From: an uncultured Gammaproteobacteria bacterium
GTDB lineage: Bacteria; Cyanobacteriota; Vampirovibrionia; LMEP-6097
Direction of reading: 5' to 3'
DNA length: 64,000 nt
Assembly: GCA_964551135.1 (NCBI GenBank)
Contig: CAZKAT010000003.1
Location: 90,942 to 154,941 of the forward strand
Part shown: piece after piece, positions 56,380 to 64,000 of the stretch
How positions within the stretch are numbered: position 1 is the stretch's first letter
How the letters are laid out: each line of letters opens with the position of its first letter
Program-made: the position numbers and the translations under genes
Notes under the pieces: generated by a model
Seen by the model: only the letters and a program-made list of their open reading frames with translations
What the model was told of the DNA's origin: nothing
Databases searched by the model: none

Positions 56380-57696
56380 GTGCGCTCCTTAGACTCTATC
56401 AATCCAAGAGAATCTGGCTTGAATTCATTTGATAAAAATGAATTCAGCCAAAAATTAAAAGACTATAGTGAGCAAAACAAAAATCCTAACTATCCAGAAA
56501 ATTATTTAAAAATTCTGGGGCTATTTTTATTAGGACGCTACGACGCTTTAGAGACTCTATTGTCCGAGGATCCAAGCTTAATATCCAGTTACCAAATCAA
56601 AGCTATAAAAATCCTAAATTTAATTCAAAGCAATAAGCCAGTAACAAACCAGGATATATTTCCCTTCAGCTCTCAAGAATTAAATATCCGCAAAAAAATC
56701 TCCAAGAAAATCTCAGCACATATTATTGATTTATATGATGCCATTTCTAAAAATATCAGCAGCATTCCACTCACTAGTGATTTATGGGCACTTAAACCCA
56801 TATTGCCAGAAATAGTTTTTTACTATGGGAAATATATTCTTGAGAATAAAATTAGCAATGAATATAAAAGATTAGAAGAAGAGCTAACTCAAGCTATACC
56901 ATTAACAGAAAACGATGAACTCAATAAAGAGAATGAATTAGAGCAAGTCTATCTTAGAACCTTTTTCTATAGAACCATAGGTGATGCTGCTCAAGCGGAA
57001 GCTGCTCTTTTAAAATATAGAGATATTTACAAACCAGTGGAGCAAGCTGCTCATATTAAATCACAAGCTAATACGACATTCTATCCGCCTGATCAAGTAC
57101 TAAATAATTGGGATAAAATTCTTACTGAAGCTGATGCCATTCAGAAAGAAGTAGAACGCAAAGCTGGACTCTTAAACAGCACTTGCGATTATTTCAAGTG
57201 CAGTGACTGTTGTTCTAATACTTTCCCAGTTATGACTTTAACTGAGTTTAAATTTCTAGAGCAATGGATGAAAGACAATAATTATCCATTAGAAAAAATT
57301 CAAGAACGTTCTGAATTAATTCAACAGGATTATGAAAAAAAATACGGTAAACGATTAACATTAATAGATAAAGAACTAGCAGAGAATGATTTTCGAGGTT
57401 CTGAAAATCCATACAATTACAAATTCTCTTGTCCATTTCTTGAGGGCGGCAAATGTTCTATCTACCATGCTCGTCCTTTAATATGTAGAGGCTTTGGCTT
57501 ATCCACCGATAATAATATTTCAGTAAAAACCTGCAAATATTATTTGGCACAATATAGGCATAATTCGAGTTTGGATAATGAAAGGTATGCCTACGATCTA
57601 CGTGCAGCAGAAATGCTGGCAGCTTCTAGTGATAAATATTTGACCGGTGCAGAACACCTAAAAGGTACGATAGTGGCGTGGTTTTCTAAGAATTAA
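56380..57696 (+). CDS. hypothetical protein with C-terminal YkgJ-type CxxCxxCC zinc/iron-chelating domain
   Basis: CDYFKCSDCCSNTFPV ... CPFLEGGKCSIYHARPLICRGFG. Confidence 0.55.
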   Translation: MRSLDSINPRESGLNSFDKNEFSQKLKDYSEQNKNPNYPENYLKILGLFLLGRYDALETLLSEDPSLISSYQIKAIKILNLIQSNKPVTNQDIFPFSSQELNIRKKISKKISAHIIDLYDAISKNISSIPLTSDLWALKPILPEIVFYYGKYILENKISNEYKRLEEELTQAIPLTENDELNKENELEQVYLRTFFYRTIGDAAQAEAALLKYRDIYKPVEQAAHIKSQANTTFYPPDQVLNNWDKILTEADAIQKEVERKAGLLNSTCDYFKCSDCCSNTFPVMTLTEFKFLEQWMKDNNYPLEKIQERSELIQQDYEKKYGKRLTLIDKELAENDFRGSENPYNYKFSCPFLEGGKCSIYHARPLICRGFGLSTDNNISVKTCKYYLAQYRHNSSLDNERYAYDLRAAEMLAASSDKYLTGAEHLKGTIVAWFSKN

Positions 57697-57757
57697 TCAA
57701 TAGAGCTTGACATATAAATATGTAATGTGCTATTCTTTGATTTAGAGGTTTATTATT

Positions 57758-58513
57758 ATGGGTAATATCATGAGTTTATTGGGTGGTCTTTTCGGCGGCG
57801 GACAAGCTCCAGAAGTTAAACAACCAACAGCACCAGCGGCAGCAGTACAAACCGTTCCGCAAATAAACCCAGCTCAAGCAGAAACACAAAGAGCAGGTAA
57901 TGCAAATTTATTACAAACATCAGCGCCAACAATAGCAATACAACCTTTACAAACATCACAACCAGCAAATTATGATCTTGTGAAATTTTTAACTGACACT
58001 GGACTCAAACTCAATGAATTCAGAACAAATATGTTCGAGGCTAATTTATCTCAACTGACTTCAAATGTTCTAGATGCTATCAATGCAACGCTTAAAGCAC
58101 TAGGTGGAACCTTAATAGGGAAATTAGTAACACCTACTGAAAAATTAGCCACTCAGCAAACGCCTACACAAGCAGCTCCAACAGCTAGTCCTCAAGCAAG
58201 TGAAGCGGACTTAAACGAATTACTTAAATTATTAGGTGGCGGAGAACAAGCGAGTAATCAATCTGTAACTCCAATGCCCCAGACTATGGCTATTAATACT
58301 GGTGCTATTGGACAAGCTACACCACCACAACAAGCACCAAGTACAACAGTAACTGCCCCTGCTCAAACAACTCAAGCTACAGCTGGAGCAGAAATGAGTC
58401 CACAAGATATGGAAGCAGGTTTAAAAGCATTAATGGAAATGTTAGGAGGAGCAGGACAAGCTCAACCGGCAACAGCAACTCCTAACTCAACTCCTGCCCT
58501 TGCTAATAAATAG
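57758..58513 (+). CDS. low-complexity Q/A/T/P-rich protein with thrice-repeated L(L/M)GG(G/A)xQA motif
   Basis: MSLLGGLFGGGQAP, LLKLLGGGEQA, and LMEMLGGAGQAQ. 251 aa. A promoter-like TTGACA ... TATTCT lies upstream. Confidence 0.45.
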   Translation: MGNIMSLLGGLFGGGQAPEVKQPTAPAAAVQTVPQINPAQAETQRAGNANLLQTSAPTIAIQPLQTSQPANYDLVKFLTDTGLKLNEFRTNMFEANLSQLTSNVLDAINATLKALGGTLIGKLVTPTEKLATQQTPTQAAPTASPQASEADLNELLKLLGGGEQASNQSVTPMPQTMAINTGAIGQATPPQQAPSTTVTAPAQTTQATAGAEMSPQDMEAGLKALMEMLGGAGQAQPATATPNSTPALANK

Positions 58514-58598
58514 TTGAGATTCTTTCTTTGATCTAGCTTAAACAAAATCCTAAGTAAAATTAGGCATTTACCTCTTTAGCAAGCATCAAGCTATAATA

Positions 58599-59348
58599 GT
58601 GTTTATGGACACACATAAAATTGACCGTAGAACATTTTTAGCAGGATTAGGAGTAACAGCAGCAGCAGTCGGGCTCACTGGTCTTACAGCATGCGCGCCA
58701 GCAGTTAAAGCTAAGGCTCTGAGCCTATCTCATGGCAATGACAGCAGCTTATTTCCGGTCTACGACGGCACTAAATATACTAAGAAGGATTTCTCAGCTC
58801 TAACTAAGAACGATAAACTTGGACTCAGTGCTGAAAATATTCAAGCACACTTAGGTCTCTACGAAGGTTACATTACTAAGGTCAATGCCGCAGAAGCAGA
58901 GATGCGTGCAGGTGATATCAATGAAACTTCGATGAAGAATTTAGCGTTTGCACTTAATGGTATGGCACTTCATGATATTTATTTCTCTAATATGACTACT
59001 TCTAAAACTAATCGCTCTGGAGCTTTGAATAAAGCTATCGAAGCTAGTTATGGTAGTTTTGATAAGTACTTCACAAATTTAACTGGCATTGCAGATCAAG
59101 TTACAGGTTGGTCAGTAACAGCACTTAATTTACTTAATGGTAAAGTACTTAACTACGGTTTAGCTGATCATAGTGCTAACTTCCCTAACTTCGTGATGCC
59201 GATACTTGCATTAGATGTTTATGAGCATGCTTATCTAATTGATTTTGGTAAAGAAGGTAAGCCTAAATACATAGAAGTATTCTCCGGAATCATTGATTGG
59301 GACTTAGTTTCACGTCGCTATGATGCAATGACAACACTATTTAATTAG
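58599..59348 (+). CDS. Tat-exported lipoprotein with Fe/Mn superoxide-dismutase-like fold
   Basis: Twin-arginine signal RRTFLAGLGVTAAAVGLTGLTAC. SOD-like blocks IQAHLGLYEGYITKVN, LHDIYFSNM, and DVYEHAYLIDFG, parallel to the SOD motif DVWEHAYY. Confidence 0.5.
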   Translation: MFMDTHKIDRRTFLAGLGVTAAAVGLTGLTACAPAVKAKALSLSHGNDSSLFPVYDGTKYTKKDFSALTKNDKLGLSAENIQAHLGLYEGYITKVNAAEAEMRAGDINETSMKNLAFALNGMALHDIYFSNMTTSKTNRSGALNKAIEASYGSFDKYFTNLTGIADQVTGWSVTALNLLNGKVLNYGLADHSANFPNFVMPILALDVYEHAYLIDFGKEGKPKYIEVFSGIIDWDLVSRRYDAMTTLFN

Positions 59349-60000
59349 TTCTCGTAGGCATTTTATAATCACAGAGTTTAGATATCTTCTCCAAGCACTC
59401 CCAAGCTTGATCCATAAGATCTCCTTTGTAATCTATTTCATAAGGCTCACCAATTTTTACAACTATCTCTTTAGGGCTCTTATAAGTTATTCCTATTGGA
59501 ACTAAAGGCACCTTTGCCAATCTTGCAAGAAATATAGGTCCCTTGTTCGGCTTACCAAGCATTTCAGGATTAACAGAACGAGTACCTTCGATAAACACAC
59601 CTACACCCCAAGCTTTAAAAACTCCGAATGTTTGCAAAGCTTTCTTAGCAGCTTTAAAAGTTTGCGATTCAGCACTCTCTCTATCAATAGAAATAGTGCT
59701 AGTAAGGATCATAAATAAACGTAAGAATGGATTAGCAAATAATTCTTTCTTAGCAATAAAAGCTACTGGATAACGAACCGAATGTCCGAGTAAGGGAGGA
59801 TCATCGTAAGAACGATGATTAGACACAAAGATATAGTTTTGTTTAGGATCAGGAGCTTTACCAGTATATTCAATAGTAGTTTTTTTAAAAATATGAAAAT
59901 AAGGATTTACAAAAAATATATTAGAGAACCATTGCACAAACACACTTAAGGACGAGTAATAATATAAGTCTTTGATTTTTTTTAATGAACTCTCCATCAC
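59341..60000 (-). CDS. plsC: 1-acyl-sn-glycerol-3-phosphate acyltransferase
   Basis: HX4D motif (VSNHRSYDDPPLL) and FIEGTRS block. Confidence 0.75.
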   Translation of the reverse strand: MMESSLKKIKDLYYYSSLSVFVQWFSNIFFVNPYFHIFKKTTIEYTGKAPDPKQNYIFVSNHRSYDDPPLLGHSVRYPVAFIAKKELFANPFLRLFMILTSTISIDRESAESQTFKAAKKALQTFGVFKAWGVGVFIEGTRSVNPEMLGKPNKGPIFLARLAKVPLVPIGITYKSPKEIVVKIGEPYEIDYKGDLMDQAWECLEKISKLCDYKMPTRTN

Positions 60001-60037
60001 ACTTTAGATTTTACAATATGCTAAGCTATTATGCGTT

Positions 60038-61342
60038 ATGTCATTTTACGAAACAGAAGCCAGAGTCACTAAAGACCCAATCATGGGGCTAATTCAGATG
60101 GCATCCAAAGACAGTTCACCAGATAAGCTGACAGCGATTATTGGTTCAGCTGCTGATGACAAAGGTAAGGTTATAGTACCAGAAGCTGTTCTAGAAACTG
60201 CTAAAGAACTCTCTTCTCTAAGTATTAATTTTGAATATGCTCCAAGTCCAGGGATCTCAGGTTTAGCTGAAAAACTTAGTGAAGAATTTCTTGGAAAGAA
60301 TATTTGTAAGGCTCTTCAAGATCAAGGTATTTATCGTTCTGAGATAGTTACTTCTGGTGGCACTAACGCTATAGCGACTTCATTACTGGCATGCACTAGT
60401 GAAAATGATCAGATCATTACTCATAGTCCACACTGGGCTGGTTACGACAGTATTACACTTGCTATCAAACGTAAACCATTAATTAATTTTGATATTTTAG
60501 ATGCTGAGGACAATTTTAATTTAGTTGCTTTTGAAACTACTATTAAAAACCTTATCGCCTTTAAATCTGATGCTCGTATTATTCTAGTAATGAATACTCC
60601 TTTTGATAACCCTCTCGGCAAGGACTTTGGAGTGAATGCCTGGAATGAGATTGGTGAAATATTATCCAAATACAATGATAGAGAGATAATTATTATCCTT
60701 GATACTGCTTATATAGACTTTGGACCAGATGGAAAGGATTATTGTAGATTAAGCTTCGTTCCTAATTTATTTAAGAAAATCGATAGCACTAAATTCAAAC
60801 TTATCATTGCTGGCACTGTGTCTAAGAGCTTTGCTATGTATGGTGCAAGGATCGGTTCTGCAACCTTACTTACTAGTGACGAAGAAGCGGCTCGTTCTTG
60901 GAAGGATATTGGTGGTGGCTGCGTTAGAGGTACTTTTAGTAATGCTTCTAGAATTGGACAAGAGATCGCCATCAATATACTTGAGGATAAAAACAAACTT
61001 GCTAATATTCATGAATTCCAGAAAGAAACTTCTAGGTTAATAAACAAACGTCGTGATTATTTTATTGAAGCAATGAAAGGCAAACTAGAAGAGCAATACA
61101 GGCTAATTAGACCTGATAGTGGATTTTTTATTTCGCTAATGATTGATAATCATAAATATCAGAACTCTACCTTTGCAGAAGTATTCTATAAAAAATTACT
61201 TGAGAATAGATTATATGCGCCTCTTATATCTGGACAATTCTTACGCATCCCTACTTGCGGTCTAGCTGAAGCTAAGTTAGAAGAAGTTGCTAAGCGTATT
61301 TTAGAAGTAAGTAAACAGATGCATGGAATGCAAGCAGCTTGA
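60038..61342 (+). CDS. class I/II PLP-dependent aminotransferase
   Basis: PLP-lysine block GTVSKSFAMYGARIGS and fold-type I spacing. 434 aa. Confidence 0.6.
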   Translation: MSFYETEARVTKDPIMGLIQMASKDSSPDKLTAIIGSAADDKGKVIVPEAVLETAKELSSLSINFEYAPSPGISGLAEKLSEEFLGKNICKALQDQGIYRSEIVTSGGTNAIATSLLACTSENDQIITHSPHWAGYDSITLAIKRKPLINFDILDAEDNFNLVAFETTIKNLIAFKSDARIILVMNTPFDNPLGKDFGVNAWNEIGEILSKYNDREIIIILDTAYIDFGPDGKDYCRLSFVPNLFKKIDSTKFKLIIAGTVSKSFAMYGARIGSATLLTSDEEAARSWKDIGGGCVRGTFSNASRIGQEIAINILEDKNKLANIHEFQKETSRLINKRRDYFIEAMKGKLEEQYRLIRPDSGFFISLMIDNHKYQNSTFAEVFYKKLLENRLYAPLISGQFLRIPTCGLAEAKLEEVAKRILEVSKQMHGMQAA

Positions 61343-62535
61343 AAGAACGTGCCATATTAATAGATATTGTTGATTTAGGAACAGATCCTGCAGAATACAC
61401 TTTAAGATTAGAAGAATTAGATAGCTTAGTGAAGACTTATGGCGGAGTGAGCATACTTAAGACTTATCAAAAGCGCTCTAAGCCAGATTACAACACTTAT
61501 GTAGGTCGCGGCAAGGTAGAAGTATTATTCAAGGAAGCTGGCGGCGGAGAGAATGTAGACTTAGTAATTTTAAACAATATACTTAAGCCCAAACAAATAT
61601 TCAATTTAGAAGAATATCTCACTGAACTGGAAATCGAGCGTTTGAAAGAGCTTGGAAGAGTCGGGACTCCTAAAAAAATCAAAGTCTGGGATAGAGTAGA
61701 TTTAATATTAAAGATTTTTGATAAACATGCAACTACAGCAGAAGCGAAACTACAAATAGAACTAGCAAGTATTAAGCATATGGGTCCAAGAATATTTGGC
61801 ATGGGACTCGAGCTTTCTCGTCAAGCAGGTGGTATCGGTGGAGTAGGTATAGGTGAGACCAATACCGAGATCATGAAACGTCACTTAAAGAAGCGCTTAC
61901 AATTAGTCGAAGAGAAGATCAAAACATATGGTGATATACAGAAACGTCAACGTAACACTCGTAGAGAACGTCACCAACAAACTATAGCTCTAGCTGGTTA
62001 TACCAATGCTGGCAAAAGCACTCTAGTAAAGGCTTTGACAAAGAAGAAGGACGTCTATATTGCTAATGAACTTTTTGCAACCTTAGATTCTAAAGTAGGA
62101 GAATTATTCTTAGCTAGCACTGACGGTAGTTGGGGTAGCAAGTTAATGATTGCTGATACCATTGGTTTCATCCAAGACCTACCTCCTGATTTGATCAAAG
62201 CATTTAAGACAACCTTAGCTGAAATAGTAGATGCTGATTTAATTCTGCATGTAATTGATATCAATGATGCTAATATTCATCTCAAGATCAGAGTAGTAGA
62301 AGAAATACTAGACGAACTATTAGATAGCAAAGACATTCCTAAGATTTATGTTTTCAATAAAGCAGATTTATTAAAAGAGAAACCTTGGTCAGAGAATGAT
62401 AAACAAAACTATATCTCTGATCTATTAGATAAATATGCGAGCTACAGTCCTCAAGTGGTTTCTGCGTTAGATGCCGAGGGGCTGAATGAGCTGACGGCAA
62501 GTATTAGCAAGAAAGTTGCAACCGCGACTACTTAA
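61339..62535 (+). CDS. hflX: GTPase HflX
   Basis: HflX N-domain, then a G-domain with GYTNAGKSTLVKALT and DTIGFIQDLP. Confidence 0.9.
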   Translation: MKERAILIDIVDLGTDPAEYTLRLEELDSLVKTYGGVSILKTYQKRSKPDYNTYVGRGKVEVLFKEAGGGENVDLVILNNILKPKQIFNLEEYLTELEIERLKELGRVGTPKKIKVWDRVDLILKIFDKHATTAEAKLQIELASIKHMGPRIFGMGLELSRQAGGIGGVGIGETNTEIMKRHLKKRLQLVEEKIKTYGDIQKRQRNTRRERHQQTIALAGYTNAGKSTLVKALTKKKDVYIANELFATLDSKVGELFLASTDGSWGSKLMIADTIGFIQDLPPDLIKAFKTTLAEIVDADLILHVIDINDANIHLKIRVVEEILDELLDSKDIPKIYVFNKADLLKEKPWSENDKQNYISDLLDKYASYSPQVVSALDAEGLNELTASISKKVATATT

Positions 62536-62539
62536 ATAT

Positions 62540-63160
62540 TTATTCTATAATTACCAATTTCTCAAACTTCGACGAAATAGCACTTCTGATCCGTTTATCA
62601 GTTACACACTTATTCAGTAATTCCTTAAATTTTCTCTTATTAAAATTTTGGCTTAAATCTAATTCTGGTAAAGAAGCAAATCTATTACCTTTGCGAGTTG
62701 ACAGATAAAGAGTATCAAGTAAAGCTTTCTCTGGACTTGCTATTAAGTAACTAATTTTAGAATTAGAAGGTGACCAATTAATCCCATCTAAAAATAGACT
62801 AGGATTGAGTTGTATAAACTCATAATTTGCAATTAAAGTTTTTAGTTTTCTTGGTCTACCGGTACTAGCGACTTGAATACTCTGAGGAATTTGAGAAATA
62901 ATTCCATGGCGATTAAGTGCTGATAAGAACGAAACGTAACCCTGCTCGTTATTTAATAAATAAGGAATCGCAGCAATTGGACTAAAATAAGAATGCCTAG
63001 TATTAGCCCAAACCCCTCTGGTTAATTTAACAGTTAGAGCTTTCGCTTCCAATCTTTTAAGATGCTCAGTTGCAGCAGAAATACTTAAACCGTTAAGCAG
63101 AGCATAATCTCTGGTTCTAAAAAAAATGAAATCTTCTGAGTTTAATATGTTAACTTTCAT
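62540..63160 (-). CDS. AbiEi-like antitoxin / transcriptional regulator (wHTH)
   Basis: N-terminal wHTH-like segment (DYALLNGLSISAATEHLKRLEAKALTVKLTRGVW) and a C-terminal domain. 4-bp overlap with the upstream NTase gene. Confidence 0.5.
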   Translation of the reverse strand: MKVNILNSEDFIFFRTRDYALLNGLSISAATEHLKRLEAKALTVKLTRGVWANTRHSYFSPIAAIPYLLNNEQGYVSFLSALNRHGIISQIPQSIQVASTGRPRKLKTLIANYEFIQLNPSLFLDGINWSPSNSKISYLIASPEKALLDTLYLSTRKGNRFASLPELDLSQNFNKRKFKELLNKCVTDKRIRSAISSKFEKLVIIE

Positions 63161-63924
63161 TTGCTTATTAGATTCATTACCCTATCTTGTATCTCCCTCC
63201 AAATCTCCTCTCCTGAAAATTTTTCTCGATCTTCCTTAGCAAGAAATTCTAGAACCTTGCCTTCATAATCTTTATAATTAATTGAAAGCAAGGCTTCTTC
63301 TGCTTTAGCTAGAACCTCCTTGGCCATTTGCTTTGACTTAAAGTTTTTAGTATGCCCACCAATATCCAATATGAAAATATCAAAAGCATCACGTGCTTGA
63401 ACTTCTTTTCTTCCGGCAAGTGCTTCAATCTTTTGAGCAAGAGCAGTGCTTGCATCATAATGCTGAGCTAAGTAAGAAAGCCTATTGTATTGTCTACTTA
63501 TTTCAGTATCTATTCTTTCCAGTGAATGCAAATAAAGTTTAAGATCTTTTTTTCTTCTGGAAAACTCTATCTTAGTTGCTAGTTCATCACCAGATTGGTT
63601 AATTATTCTGAAACGGAATCTTTGGGTAGTCTCTGTTTGCTTTGCCTTAGCCGGATCATTAATTAATACATCTCGAATACCATAAGTTTTTAATTTTCTT
63701 ATGAAAGTATCATCGTTAAGAATTTTATAGCCATTTTTCTTTAGAGTTGCTACACTACCAGCTAGTACATCTATATCCATATCTTCAGAATAGCGAGGAC
63801 TCTTGTAGTAAAAACGCAAATTAACTCCACCTTTAAGAATATAAATAGTAGGATCAGAAATCTTTAGCAATTGCTCTAGGAAGCAAAAATGAAAAATTTC
63901 TCTTAATTCTAAGTCAGACAGCAT
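63157..63924 (-). CDS. AbiEii/DUF1814-family nucleotidyltransferase (type IV TA toxin-like)
   Basis: N-terminal ILKGGVNLRFYYKSPRYSEDMDIDV, matching the DUF1814 NTase motif (KGGTAL...R.S.DIDF). Confidence 0.7.
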   Translation of the reverse strand: MLSDLELREIFHFCFLEQLLKISDPTIYILKGGVNLRFYYKSPRYSEDMDIDVLAGSVATLKKNGYKILNDDTFIRKLKTYGIRDVLINDPAKAKQTETTQRFRFRIINQSGDELATKIEFSRRKKDLKLYLHSLERIDTEISRQYNRLSYLAQHYDASTALAQKIEALAGRKEVQARDAFDIFILDIGGHTKNFKSKQMAKEVLAKAEEALLSINYKDYEGKVLEFLAKEDREKFSGEEIWREIQDRVMNLISK

Positions 63925-64000
63925 AATTTAATTATACCCCTGAATTCATGAAAATATGAATTCAAACGCATAATTAATTATTAATTAGCCTAATCACTAT

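Noticed and set aside
1-64000. CRISPR arrays and rRNA genes
   Set aside because: No regularly spaced direct repeats with unique spacers, and no rRNA-like conserved stretches, were seen anywhere in the window.

Overview
AT-rich (about one-third GC by eye) bacterial chromosomal window from a Gram-negative-type organism with LPS heptosyltransferase, MreBC, RseP, Der, HflX and signal peptidase I. Housekeeping genes (thrS, metF, metH, mreBC, rsfS, murQ, der, rseP, hflX, plsC, lepB, pgi, atpG) are interleaved with accessory material. There are four toxin-antitoxin-like modules: HepT/MntA, class II Fic, HipBA and an AbiE-like pair. Several operons look scrambled: sdhC and atpG stand alone without their partner subunits. 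GC-rich palindromic elements resemble Rickettsia palindromic elements. One of them sits in-frame inside metH; others overlap gene ends or lie in spacers. The Fic gene is bracketed by ~30 bp imperfect direct repeats. Region 37.7-45.8 kb is a surface-glycan modification cluster: MBOAT, two SGNH paralogs, a SASA-type esterase, a NodU/CmcH carbamoyltransferase and two small membrane proteins. Region 49.0-57.7 kb starts at tRNA-His. Its last 24 bp are duplicated 189 bp downstream, suggesting an integration scar. It also contains a degenerate tyrosine-recombinase-like gene, an orphan secretin with an acidic and Thr/Pro-rich N-terminal extension, and a zinc-ribbon E/R/K-repeat protein. No rRNA or CRISPR array was seen. 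All calls rest on motif recognition by eye; no database search was possible.
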